DNA of 64,000 nt from Paragordius varius. Lineage: Eukaryota > Animalia > Nematomorpha. The DNA is taken from assembly GCA_964247055.1 (NCBI GenBank), contig OZ176053.1, forward strand, positions 9,486,001 through 9,550,000. Reading direction: 5' to 3'. Every line of letters starts with the position of its first letter. The stretch's first letter is position 1. The translations under genes and the position numbers were made by a program. Positions 51,001 through 64,000 of the stretch are shown piece after piece. A model generated the notes under the pieces. It made no database searches and was not told where the DNA came from. It was given only the letters and a program-made list of their open reading frames with translations.

Positions 51001-51339
51001 AATGGGCGACTTTATTCCATTAAAATCTAAAACTTTATTTAATAAAATATTGTATATAAAACATTAATTATGATTACATTTGTTACGATTACTAAATGCC
51101 GAATAAGTGGAGGATGAATGAGACAGGGCTGGAGAATCCATTGTGGATTGGCGTCCCAAATGTCGTCCCCCTTTATAACTCATGTCATTATTTAGTTGTT
51201 TGGATGATGATGTTTTAGTATTATAGGAATTCATCCTTTCTGTGCAATCATAATTAGTTTTGGTATCATGAGTTGAGGTGGAATAGAGATTCGATTTTGA
51301 TGTATTTATATTATTGGTATACTGTCCAGTTTTAAACAT
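43268..51339 (-). CDS. PACSIN: PACSIN/syndapin (F-BAR + SH3), about 916 aa, 12 coding exons; the two 5' exons are less certain
   Basis: complement(join(43268-43680,43750-44060,44145-44480,44576-44739,45922-46042,46392-46492,46603-46728,47050-47187,48573-48781,49911-50134,50430-50775,51078-51339)) = 2751 nt, phases consistent. SFWDIGQYKKTVKRIEDG, EYGTMLNAW, wedge loop FHKTVMSL, QKPWAK, FEKCQNMEESR, MNWPIFE|EY, SH3 VRAIYEYEAQEDDEIGF...GWCYG...GLYPSEFVE. Confidence 0.92.
44967..45026. repeat. (TA)30 microsatellite in a PACSIN intron
   Basis: Uninterrupted AT run. Confidence 0.95.
49557..49859. mobile_element. hAT MITE with 8-bp TSD (PACSIN intron 3)
   Basis: TACTATAC|CAGGGGTGTCTAACA...TGTTGGCCACCCCTG|TACTACAC (TSD 7/8, TIR 13/15). 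Confidence 0.87.
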
Positions 51340-54300
51340 TGTTTTTTCTTCTTAAAGCTTATTTCACAAAAATGTTAATCAATTAAATTCGGGATATTGA
51401 TATTTGGTAATGTTTGGAGTTTTTAAAATTATATTGCAATATTTTTTATTATTCGATAATCAATCAATCTCAAAATGTAATGGATATAGATAGTGGTTTT
51501 TTGAGATAATAATGATAAAAAATGACAAAGTATCAGTTATTATGGATATAATTGGACAAAATGATGATAGCTTTAATATACCATATTACTTGGTAGACAA
51601 AATGACAAAAATTATATTTGGTAGCTCAAATCGATATAGAGATGTAATGTATTTCCATAAATAAAAAAGATATTCATAAAAATTCGGTGAATTTCTTGAA
51701 AAATATTTACTTACATTCGTATGAAGAAAAATAATGGGTGAATTTTCGTATTTCGTAAGCGGATTTAACTTTACAAAAGTTTAGTAATAAGTTTTCTTTT
51801 TTTCTTTCCAGCACAAAAGTAGTATCAAAAGATAGTTTGTCACGCCACACTTATTACAAGTATGATAGAAGAGAGGATAAAAGTTTAGATATGGGCGTGG
51901 TTAATCTATTGTCGCATTCTAAATTTTCAAATAATAATAATTATAATAGATATAACTGGTAGTTTAGTTAATCAAGTTAAGATTATATATGAGACGATAT
52001 AACTTTATTTTTTTAAATAATATTTTTATTTTATAATAAGGACGGAAAAAATAATTTAATAAAGTGTTTGTTCATGCAGGATAGAAAAGCAGTTGTATAA
52101 ATAAAGCATGAAAATAAATATAATATTCCCACCAAATCTATTAAAAAAATATTATATAACCATTCTCCAGGAATTTAAATCTAAAAATTTAAACCATTAC
52201 ACATTTTAAAATAATACATGCAAATTACATGCAAAGATGGTATTTTAAAATTATGCTAATTCCTTTCTGTTTTTGCATGAATTGCAAATACATAGGATTT
52301 CAGGAAAAAAATCCATATACTTACAATTTTTGGTATCTTAAAACAATAATTGACGGGTTAAAAAAACCGCAAAAAAGGACAGAAAAACTATCATTATTTA
52401 TATACTAGATAGATAACAATAAATTTTGGATAGATGATGGTATGTTTTATAATAATAGACACATACATTTTTTATACGTTATAGGTTAATTGTTTTTATC
52501 ATTTTAAATTTTTTGTTGAATATCTAACAGGTACTATGTATGTATAATAATATTGCTTTAACAATGGTGACAAAAAAAGATAAAAAAATTTTTTATTGTT
52601 TTTTTGGTAAACGATGCACTCACTCCTCTGCCTTACCTGCAAATTCATGTTATTTTTATTATTATTATTATTATTATAATATATATGTATAAGGTTAATA
52701 ATATAATTTAATTTATTAACATTAAAAGAATGTCAAAAAGTTACAAAGCATTTATGAGTTATGTGATAAGCCCGCTAGATATTTATTTATTTGTTCGTTT
52801 TTATTATAAAAAAATGCGAAATTTTGGAATTCTGTACATTTTTTTGATGAAGTATGGATTAAGGATATAAATTTTTTATCATCTATTATATAATTGTAAT
52901 GGATAATTTGTTAAGGCAATTACTAAAAATTTATAAAGCTAAAAATAATTAAAAGTACTAAACAAGTTTCGTAAACAGATTTTAGGTCTATTTGTTTTTA
53001 ATATAAGGAATCTGTAAAACGTACTAAATTAACGGGTCCTAAGCTATAACGCTAAAATTGATACAATCAATGTCCTTTGTTCAAAACTTTATAAATTATA
53101 ATAATTGTTGGATAAAATTTCTGGTGAAATATTATTTACAATGTAAAAAGCTAGTAATCGGATTAAAATTCAAGATGACAAAAAAATCAATTTCAGAAAG
53201 TGGAAAAATTATTGCTTTACACAAGTAAAACAATTTTGTTTTATTAAAATTCTTTTTATTTTTTTTTACTTTTATGAAAAAAAAATGTTTGAAACATTAG
53301 TAGATAAACTTTATTTTTTAATTTAAAGACAATTAATTATAGGATTATCTGTGTTCCATATTTGATTAACTCGTATTCTAAAATTTGGATTTTCACACAT
53401 TTGCAAATATTTTATTATGTTCTTTTCACATAAATAACTAAATATTATTTTTTAAATACATAATTGCTGACAAAATATTTTTTATATTAATATTTAAATA
53501 TACGTAAAATATTATCAACAAAAGGAAAATTTAATATTTAGGAAGTAATATATATATTTATACAATGAACCATGGAATTGACAAAAATTTATAAGAAAAA
53601 TATTTCAATTATTGACTTAAAAATATATGTAAAAATATGCAATAAAAATATTTTTATAATTTTATAATTGCTTATATGTATTATGTTCAAAATGTAAATG
53701 ATGCCTTTACACAACATCTTGCGCTACGCAGCAACAAAAAAAACAAGACAATTGAATCAATGAAGTTGAAAAATTATATAAAGAATTGTCACATTATACA
53801 GAAATAATTGAATTTATTTACTGATATGTATAAATTAATTAAATATAATGAAAAAACTGTTAAAATCGTTGGATAAAATGGTAGAATATTTATGATAAAA
53901 ATAATATTTTATTTGATGGAATTTTTCTTTTGAGTCTATAAATTTGAAGATTTATATGCAGCTAAAACTTAATAATTAAACGTTTTATTAAAAATTAAAT
54001 AATTTTTTTAAAATATAACCTGTTGGAATTTCCAAAAAAACATACGCGACCACACAAATAAGGGATAATTAAAACATGCTCTAAAATTCACATATATTAT
54101 CACTTCATTACACATAAAATATTTTATAAATACCTTTTGGGGATGTTTTTTTGTCCTTGGAATTTTTATGAAACTAAACCATAAAAAATATTCTGAAATG
54201 AAAAGGCATCAGTATTATTTATCATGGTGCTTTTGTTTTTTGCTTCTACGAGTGATTTTAGAAAGTTATTTACAGTTTTGTGATAACTGATACGTATCAA

Positions 54301-54409
54301 ATGACAAATATACTCAAATTTGGTTATGTAATTTATTGATGAGAGCCATTGCAAAAAATATCATAAAATATATAATAAACTAAGTTTAATATAACATAAT
54401 TTTTATATC

Positions 54410-55967
54410 TCCGAAAGTCTCAATTTTTTTGCCCTTCCAAAATGGGATAATTTTCTTTTAATTTCCAGAATTTCGATATTGGGCGATAATTTTAAATGGA
54501 TGATAAATTTTGACTCAAAATTATTTTCTGAAAAAAATATTTTGCCAAAAGTTTTAATTCATTTTAAAATTTTAAAAAGCTAATTTTACGGTATTTCAAA
54601 GCGCGGTGTAAACGGTATAAAAACGCTCGAAAATATTCTTAAAACATTCTTTCTATATAATTTTATAATGCTGAACATTTCACCTTTTTATATATTATTT
54701 ACAAATATTTCACATGAACACTAAACTTTTTTAACACTTTTTACCATTTGGGGTGAATTAATATCCCAGAGCGATTTAAAATTTAATCTTTAAAAGTATT
54801 TAAGGTATTCAGTATAATTTAAAAATATGCTTTTAGGCTTATTGTATAATTTTGTTTAGAAAACTTTAAATATAGAAAAATCTTCTTCTCGAACTATTTG
54901 GTGGCCTTTTTAACTTTAAATTTTTTTAAATCGCCAATGCAGGAAAAATATATTTTATGATTTAAAAATGCATATAATTAACTTTAAAAAAGCTTTCAGG
55001 ATATATTTTACCAGCAAAAACTCGATAATTTGACCATAATATCACTGTTTGTTTCAATCATGTTTTCGAGCTGTCCCTCTTTCAGATTCTAGAATCACAC
55101 AACTGGAAAAAATATAAATCTTTTATATGTAATACATCAGAACAATATTTTTTAAAAAACCTAAATAAATCTCAAAACAGTAGTTACAAAATTGAGCTTT
55201 AAAACCCCAAAAGGTAAACTAGGATAAAAAAAATGAAAAGGTCATGAAGTATTAAATATCTGATGTGGTAATCTTAATCGAGTTATATAGAAAAAGTTTT
55301 TTAACAATATTTTAAAGGGCATACCGTTTCCATCATGCTTTGGAATAGTGTATATACGCTAAAAATTTTCAAAATTCAATTTTTAAGGCAAATTATTCAT
55401 TGTTAGTTCAAAAACATTTTTATTTTTAAAAATTAGCCTATATTGAAAGTTTTGTAGCCTATGGAGCATTTAACTAAAAAAATTAAATGTACGTAAACTT
55501 TGCCATTTTCAGGTATGGGTCAAAAATGACAAAAGTATAAGAGTAAATCACTAACACCCAAAACGATTATGATAATCCCAATACATTTTTTCATAAGAAA
55601 TATATTGGATCGCTATATTTTTTATCGATACTGTTTAAGCGATTATAAAGAAACTAATGACGAAATGGCTGCGAAAAATTTAAGATAATGATTTTTTTTA
55701 CAATTTCACACTAATATATATTTTATTTAAGATGTTCTAATTTAAAATCGTTCTGGAATATAATACCCCAAATGGTAATGGTGTTAATGTTTGGAATATT
55801 TGGCTTTTACCAAAAAAAATTTATTGAACATTAGCGCTAAGAGATTTTACAATATTTAGCAATTACTACAAAGTGCAAAAATTTTCTTATTTATATCCTT
55901 CGTCTAAAACCAAAATATCCATGAAAACCCATATAATAATATATGTATTTTAACAGTGTGCGCAGTG
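54410..55967. mobile_element. Foldback element copy interrupted by a piggyBac-like insertion
   Basis: Left-arm motifs (ccgaaagtct, ataatgctgaacatttc) before 54730; right-arm motifs after 55790; right end GTGCGCAGTG|TA is the reverse complement of the 41771 left end. Confidence 0.55.
54735..55783. mobile_element. piggyBac-like non-autonomous element, about 1.05 kb, TTAA TSD
   Basis: TTAA|CACTTTTTACCATTTGGGG...CCCAGAGCGATTTAAA pairs with TTTAAAATCGTTCTGG...CCCCAAATGGTAATGGTG|TTAA. Confidence 0.72.
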
Positions 55968-56571
55968 TAATGCAAAAATATTTTGAAATTGTAGTGCCCA
56001 TTGATACATGATTTGAGAAATCACACAAATATTGGATATTTTAATAAAACTTTTTAGCAAAAACTAGGTGTTTCAAACCTTGATTACATTACACAATCTG
56101 TCGAATTGGGGTCCGTTTCTTAATTTTGGGAAATAATTTTTTTGGATAAAATACCTTGGCTATAACCCTTTATTACATGCAAAATCATTGAATACATATT
56201 TATATAATATTAACTTTAATCAAACCAGATGTAAATCGAATAAGTCACTGAAAACCGAATAAGTTTTGTTAATTGTAATGTCAAAGTGTCATCCCAAAAG
56301 CGGTGAATATTTTAAAATTTATTAAATAGCTTTCTTTTTAAAAAAATTTTAGAAGTTTATTATTGTTAGTCAAAATTCTTTCACGGATTTTAGACCAATC
56401 TTTCGTAAAAATTGCCACCAGTACAAATTATGCATACTATAGGTTTATATTTATTAATAATATTGTATACTTAGTAATTTCAACCGATTAAAGCCAATGT
56501 TAACAATTATAGATTATGGGAACAAATAAGGATTTATTAAAAACGGTTATATCATATTTTAAAAAAAATTG

Positions 56572-59500
56572 CTAGTATCTGGTTAATGGGGAATTTTTTA
56601 GCGATTTATCCAACAAATCTTTCACTACATTTTGATACTTGTCCAACATTTGTTTATCATAACTGGCATTCGTGAAACTAGGGAAACTATGAGGCGATTC
56701 TGTCTCATTCAATACCGCAGCTAAATATTGGTTGAATATATAAACAATTGGAATTAAGAATAATTAAATATAGGTTTATTTGAATAAATATATTGAAAGA
56801 GGTTTTGACTTAAATATCAATATCGTGTTTAATTGGCTATAAAATAAAGGTTGACAATTATAAATCTATTTATGACTCTAGCCTGTAATAATACCAGTCA
56901 ATTTTTTGAAAATTAGTAATATGATAGTAAAAAACTAATTTTATTTGTTCAATTAACATCATATTTTCATTTGTTATTCATTTAATAATATTCTTGACAC
57001 TGCTAAAATCTATTTAATTTGATTTTAGTTAATAATATATATTTTATTGTGATATAAATTGCTGGTTATAACCTTAAATGATTTCTAACAAGTACTATCA
57101 AACCGGTTTTATTTTATTACGAAACCCCAACCCTAAAATGCATCACAATGACTATTTTAATCTATTTTAACTTCTAGGTTTTTATAGTTTTTAGAGGTTA
57201 CTAGAGATAATCGTTGATATACATAGTAATTATAATCCACAAGCATTTTTGCCTTTAAATAAAATCAATTTTCATGTTTTTTTATCACGCCTAGATTTTA
57301 CATTAATTCTAAAAATCGCTATTATCGAAAAATTAAAAATAAATGTTTTTAAGTTAAATATAATTTATTTAATTTTACTTTATACCAGTTTATAGATAAT
57401 TAATCACAGAAAACATATTATAAGTTAGAAACTTTCTTTCACAAACGATGTGGCCTGTAAAAAGCCTGAGTTTTGCTATAATAACTTTAAAATTTTATTT
57501 TGTTAAACTTTCACAATATACTCTAATAAAATGTCAAATAAAAGGTAATACCTGTTGTAGGAGCCTTGTTAAAGTCAGGAATTTGATCATATAACTCATC
57601 ATAATTTGTGTAAGTATTGGAATCGTTTAAACTGGCATGGTTACAAATTTCTTCCTAGAAAAAGGATATAATAAAAATATCCGCACGTATAAATTATTCA
57701 GTTTTAACAAAAATGCCACATTACTTTACAATATTTTATTTCAAATGTTTAAGTTTCACAAAATATTACTGTGATGATTGGAACAATGTTTTTGGGTACT
57801 TCATCTACGATTGGGAGAGAAATTCGTTTTTTACGTTCCTCTCTAGCTTTTTCGGCCGCCTCTATGTTTCGATGATATATCTGAGATTTGGCGCGGGATG
57901 CATTTAGTGAAACGTTTCCAAAATGTTTGTCTAAAATCCGAAATTGTTTTATGCTAGCCTGAGATATAGACCTAATTAGATTAGCTGGGTTATGAGTGCT
58001 ACTCTTTGTACTTTTATTGGATGTCATGTTTGGTGAATATAAATGTTCCCATTTACTACAAACATTTTTCGAGCTCTCGTTTTGACCATAATTATTTAGT
58101 GATGTGCGTTGACGACCGGCTTCGATATTGGCTTGATAATTATCGTAATATTTAATATATTCTTGCGTCGTTCGATTCGTAATTTCACCAGGACAACTAA
58201 TGTTGTCACTTAAATCTTCCACACCAGTTTTTGCCTCATTTGGTTTAAGATGGGGGATTGAATTCTTTAAATTATCGTTTTTATCTTTATCATTTGGTAA
58301 AACGGTTAAACGGCTACGAATTTCGTTCCATAACCTATTTTCAACCATTGATAGTTGTTTAACTCTACGGAGTTTTTTGTGGAACATTTTTTTCTTTTGA
58401 CACAATTTATATTTCCTAAATAAGATGATATTTATTTAAAACTGGGGTGAATAACACGGGGTCCTCCAAATTTTTACCCCCGGCAAAAAATGTGAAAAAA
58501 TTAAATACCTTTTTATAATTCAAAAATCTTAGTAAAATTAAAAAATTTATGTAGTTTGCCCGAAGGAATAAACAAAAATTATTACTTTTTATATATTGGT
58601 GCATAATATTTTTTATCCATCTCATGTTTGCAATAATTAAAATTTTAATGATGTCAAGTTGTAATATTTTTTAATTCGGCTGGCCAAATTCTTTGATCTC
58701 AAAATGCGACCAGTGAAGCCATTTGTTATCTTTAATTTAAAATGTAGACACAAAATCAATAGTACTTTACTGGCATATATATGTTAATGAAGAGACACTT
58801 ATAGAACCTTTGCGTCGGTTAATTCCATATATTAAATGGTAATAACGAATTTTTGATGGATAAACTTACTTTTTAACACTTCGATTCAAATTGGGGTATC
58901 TAAATACCCCAGACTTAATTTAAATTTGTGTTTTTAAAAAAAATACTGTAGGAAACGGTCCATCCCAATTTAAATTTATGTTTCTATCTCAATAATATAT
59001 AAATAAGCCATAATATCTAAATAAAATTTCGTTTTGAAACAAAAGTTTCATGTCAACTACTTCGACGCAACGTTTATTTTACAAAATTTTTGCAAAATAT
59101 CGTCTTTATATAATTTTAAAGGGAATTATAAATTTTTTATTTAAATTACATCTAACATTGATAGAAAAAGAAAAAATGGTTTATGTTGTATTATTTTTCA
59201 TTTTACCATTGCAGACATGTCACGCTGACTAAATTTTTACCAGGTTTTATCATAAAATAATTAAAATTAAGTAATAATAAATTTTTTTATATATTTCGGT
59301 TTATTAATATATAAGGCAAAGTTTTGCCATGGTTTTCCTTCCATATATTTTTTAAATTTTAATTTTAAACAGGCCTGGGGTATTCAACTACCCCAATTTG
59401 AATCAAAGGACTAAAATGAATGTGTTATATCCAAGTGTTGACAAAAATGCTATTGCCTTTTAATGTTATCGTAATGTTTTGAATTAGTGATCTTAATGTA

Positions 59501-62461
59501 TTAATTAGTATAAATAAAACAAACTCAATTTTTTATATAATTTTTTGTTTAATTCGTATTACAAAATTTATCAATTATTACGTTGCAGTTAATTCGCTTA
59601 ATGAGACGTTTTACGAATCAAAAATATAAAAATATTAAAATCATAATTACTTGATTATAATGTATATGATTAAAAGAATTATCAAAGCTGACAAGGCAAT
59701 TAAGGATATGATCCATTTTAGGTTTTCTTTGATAATGTCAGTAAGAGCGGGTGTACCTAAAGAAATATTTATTTCCAACATTTTTAGTGTAAATTATTTA
59801 AAAGTTAATACAAATAATTAGTTGTCCCTCAAATAAAATTTCTTATAAAATATATGATAAAATGTTAGGATCCAATATTTTCCCACAATGTCGGCTAATA
59901 TTAAATTAAAAATAATTTAAACCAAAGGTAATGAATGAAAAAAGATCTATTTTAGTATATTAGTATATAAAAAACCACTTTTATATTATATAGTTTTTAG
60001 GGAAAATTAGAAATCGAAACAACATTGCCCTAATAAATGAGTGATTACCCATAAATCGATTATAACTTTAGTAATTTTTGGAGTTTTGTCCCTTAGATCG
60101 ATCTAAAATACAAATAACTTAAAAATTATCTATGATATTGAGTCAAATATTAATATATGCATTTTATGCCTTTTTAGCCGCATTATACAAAATAATATCT
60201 TTGTGTAATTGTGAAATCCAAATAACAAACTTACCGACAAAATATTTTTGGAATAGCATTTAGTTTCCAAAAAACGAGAAAACATATTATGGTTATAGTG
60301 AAAATAATTTTCGTTATATTTTGAATTTTATTATTTTTGTATAAAAATAAGCTCTGCATTATCTAATTTTAGACTCAAAACTTATATTTTACTGTTAGGT
60401 GCACTATGTGGTTATTATTAAGTATGAAAAGAATCAGGATTCTCCTAACAACTTTTATATTAAAAAATCGCAATTTCCAGAAGATAACTTGATTAAATTT
60501 CATTGAAAATAATTTTTAAATGGTAATTTTTTGAGCAAACATAATACTTGATATAATTTTTAAAGAGTCGTAAGCCTCAAACTAAACGACCTTTATATAC
60601 CAGAAAATTCACCATTTATCAGTCACACAACACTTTTTAAACCAAACCAACTTTCATTCAACCAAAGCAACATTTTTTAACCAAACGCAATTATTTTCAT
60701 TCAGACGCACCATTTTTTTAACCAAACGCAACATTTTTTCAAGAAGACAAGTGAAAAAAGTTGCGTTTGCTTGAAAAAATGTTGCATTTGGATGAAAAAT
60801 GTTGCTTTTGACTGAAAAATGGTATTATATATGGGAATTTTTTTATGTGTATAATATTTATAATCTTTTAAGTCTGATTCATTCAAAACAAAGATTTTTT
60901 AGGGCAAAAATATTTAAAAATAGCGGATTATAGGTTCTCGAATTCACGTAACCAGATTTAATGTTGTTTTCTGCTATAAGATTTACATTTTCACCCAAAC
61001 TTTGACAATTTACGTATTTATAATGCGATATGAGGGCCATGTTTAGAATTTTGTGCTATTTCTTGGCTTTTTATTTATAACAATGTCATTAAAAGTTTTG
61101 AAAAATATCCTTTAAAAATTGTAAGAACATTTGACTTCCTTAAAATATTATCATACCTATTTTTACAATTAATTAATTATCTTACCAGCTTTAACTAAAT
61201 TGACATCAAGAGCAAATCCTTTGTTGCTATTTATGTTTGATTTTGTTTTACGCCCCGAATAAAAGGTAATTATCATATATTGCGACATAGAGATATAATC
61301 TTCTTGAAACTCGCCAGGAGGGTATTCATCATCTAAGGATCCACACATTTCTGCCACTACGTTCAAGCTGGGATCGATTACAGGGAACGGTTCAGCTATA
61401 TAGTTGATAATATTTTTGGCTATAAGCGTATGAATAAAAAATAATGACATATTAATTTTCGTTTTCTGTATCGATATTTTTTAAATTGCTTAAATAATTT
61501 TTGAATTCAAATATAACTATATTTTATTGATAAGCTCGAAACAATAATATAGAAACTTTGATGTCTTTATACCTAATTATAAAAATTCCCAAAATTATTG
61601 AATTTTTGCGTGTGAGTTCCATAACTTATAATGTGTTAATTATATATTTGATTAATTTTTACCTCCCCTTGCCATATGAATTCTTAGATACCCATTTTCA
61701 CATTCAACTTCCGTTGGTCTATCCAAATCGAGAGCTAAAATTTTAGCTTGCAGCCACCATTTAGCCGCAGATTGTTCTTTGATGCGGAACTTTTGAAAAG
61801 CCAAGAATCTAGGGTGAATTTTGATAACCCATCTACAGTATAAATTGGCTAAAAGTTTTGGATAACCAGGTGAATTTATTCTTATAGTATTTGAGAAGAT
61901 ACGGGCAAAATCACTTCGACTCATATTGCTGCCCCAGCGGGCCTTCTTCTCCGGTATATAGTATGTTTGAAAGCATGCTAAGAAAAAAGAAATATTTGAG
62001 ATTTTTCATGAATTTCAATGCATAAACATAACAATTCCATAATGTATTATTAGCAATAAATAATTTTCATCTTTTTAATTTAGCCGGTAGAATACGAATT
62101 TAGGTTGTACTTTGATCCCAAACCATAAATATGCAAATAAGTGTTTCTGATAATTTCCATCTAACCAATCATTGTATATAACTTCTAAACTTGCTAAATT
62201 ATTTACATATCTTTATATTACAGAATTCCAGAAATAAATACAGTGAGCAGCTTTGACGCTGTAGAGAAACAACGCTTAAAATATATATTCAAAATTTGTT
62301 ATCTTCCAAATTATATTATTACCACCACAACTGATCATCGTTATTTGAGCGCAATATGTTTTAGCATGATTAAGCTTGCAATTCTGAATACTGCTCTCTG
62401 TTCCAGAACATTGAATTCCTTTGATAGATTGTAGAAAATGTGAGGTTTTGAAGGAGTCGGA
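56572..62461 (-). CDS. 5'-incomplete single-pass receptor: SRCR (C-terminal half) + CUB + TM + about 300-aa Tyr-containing cytoplasmic tail
   Basis: complement(join(56572-56720,57552-57654,57770-58415,59651-59756,61186-61395,61663-61977,62323->62461)), phases consistent. SRCR GIQCSGTESSIQNCK...C...ISC; CUB INSPGYP...CRWVI...ECENGYLRI...MCG...ITFYSG...KGF; TM WIISLIALSALIILLIIYIII followed by KKYKLCQKKK. Upstream exons not found in the window. Confidence 0.8.
58877..59437. mobile_element. piggyBac-like MITE (intron of the SRCR-CUB gene)
   Basis: TTAA|CACTTCGATTCAAATTGGGGTATCTAAATACCCCAG ... CTGGGGTATTCAACTACCCCAATTTGAATC...CAAGTG|TTGA. Confidence 0.7.
60625..60820. repeat. About 20-bp minisatellite (CAACATTTTTTAACCAAACG-like) in direct then inverted orientation
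   Basis: About 6 degenerate units on + followed by about 3 reverse-complement units (GTTGCGTTTG.TTGAAAAAAT). Confidence 0.7.
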
Positions 62462-63599
62462 CTAACAAATATTATTAATAAATATACAGTTTGTCGAATT
62501 TAGGGGTACCTTTACGTTTAAAACTATTTTTCTATATGGAGTCGATAATAGGCCGAGTAATACAATAGGGATAAATAAAAAACAGCATATTTAGCAATTA
62601 TAAGTTTTTAGCTAAAACTCAAAAAACAGCTACATTTTCGCCATATAAATATATTCAATAACAAACTAAAAATATATTAATCGGTGTTCTTGTGAAATTT
62701 TTAACATGTCAAAATATACCATCTGCACTTTAACGGTGTGCTTTAAAAGTTGGTCTTGAATATTTTATTGGCCCTTAAACATTTTTTTTGTATTTACTAT
62801 CAAACTATGTGTATTTATCTATCCTAGCAACTTTTAACCTAACATTTCATTCAATATTAATTTTTTTATCGAGAACAGTATCTTTCATTCAGTCTTGAAA
62901 TATTATTTTTATTAATAAGGTTTAAAGGCAGGCTTATTTAAAAATATTTTTTCTGGGTTATTAATTTCTTATTCGTTAACAACAATATTTAATAGCGAAT
63001 TTAGAAAAAATATTAAACAATCTATTCAAATTTGTTTATATAAATCCTGTTGCACCTATTTTTAAATCTTTAGTTTACTACAGCGAATAATCACATTTGC
63101 CTATAATTATTATTTTTTTGGAAAGGATATGCTAATTGGCAATTTTCGAAATTGGATGAAAAATCAATTGATTTTGTACCTTATTGCGGGATGATCATGA
63201 CAGTCTCGAAAAAATCAAAATATATTTTAGCTTTTACCATAAATATAATATATAAAAATATATTTGATATGAAAAATGTAACCATTCATCGATTTTTATT
63301 TGTATTTATTAAATGATATAGACAGTGCAAAAACCATATTAATTGTTCAATTTTTTATTTTTATTTCAAACATATTTTTTGCATTATATATTAACGGTTA
63401 CAACAGTGTGAGTACTTATACATTTCTACTTTTATATTAATATTGCCAGGGAGCTATTCAGCGAAGAGCACTATTATTGGTGAATAAAAAGAAAAAGCGA
63501 AAAAAATAACTTTAGGCCAATAATATATATCTTTGGATATGGTTAAAATAAACGAAAAACTAGCATATATATAATTTATTAAAAAATTTAAGCTGAAAT

Positions 63600-64000
63600 G
63601 CGTACAAATATAAAAAATATATGATCAAAAAAATTACGTAACCTGTCTTCTCCGTGGGGCCATATAACGAATATGTCATCGACATAACGTAGCCACATGG
63701 TAGGAAGAAATTCGGAAGTGTTAAATATCTGTTTTTCTAGGTTTTCCATGATATCTGCTAGGATTGGGGATATGCTTAGTCCCATTGGTGTACCATTGTT
63801 TTGAAGGTAAAACTCGTTATTGAAAACAAAATATGTATTATATAGACATATCCGGATCAATTTAGGTATATCTTGAGACCTGTTTGTGTAAAACTGCTTA
63901 TTATATCCATAATTTATGATTTGGGTATTTTTGTAAAGAGTGATTCTACATCTAGTGTTACTAAGAGGTCGGTGTCTTGAATTTGTAAATTTTTAATTTT
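63600..64000 (-). mobile_element. Penelope-like element reverse-transcriptase fragment (runs off the window end)
   Basis: LVTLDVESLFTKIP, IRICLYNTYFVFNNEFYLQNNGTPMGLSISPILADI, WLRYVDDIFVIWPHG; one in-frame stop. Confidence 0.85.

Noticed and set aside
52620-52645. CCTTACCTGC resembling the U1 snRNA 5' end
   Set aside because: The following sequence does not match U1. It is more likely a minus-strand donor (CAG|GTAAGG) of an untranslated PACSIN exon, which is unverified.

Overview
This is a very AT-rich animal genomic window with spliceosomal introns and a high density of transposon remnants. There are no prokaryotic features, rRNA, tRNA or CRISPR arrays. I reconstructed seven multi-exon genes by hand, checking splice phases. 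(1) A 774-aa collagen (+, 950-4702) with a type II membrane anchor, furin site, about 148 Gly-X-Y triplets and a spongin short-chain-collagen-type C-terminal domain. (2) A cation-dependent mannose-6-phosphate receptor (-, 6450-8519) that is only readable after removing four 22-26 nt introns. (3) A GH18 chitinase with a CBM14 domain (+, 21014-29723), containing a 24-nt intron next to kb-size TE-filled introns. (4-5) Two tandem secreted serpins (-) with hypervariable reactive loops. (6) A 916-aa PACSIN/syndapin (-). (7) A 5'-truncated SRCR-CUB-TM receptor (-) with a long Tyr-rich tail. The rest is hAT, mariner, RTE, Penelope-like and Helitron remnants, several MITE families (including about 1-kb foldback elements), and two possible decayed ionotropic-receptor-like loci. 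The most striking signal is the class of 22-26 nt micro-introns, well below the usual animal size range. The organism is not determinable from this window. A nematomorph or similar ecdysozoan worm is an inference from the cuticle-collagen-like N-terminus, chitinase and AT content.
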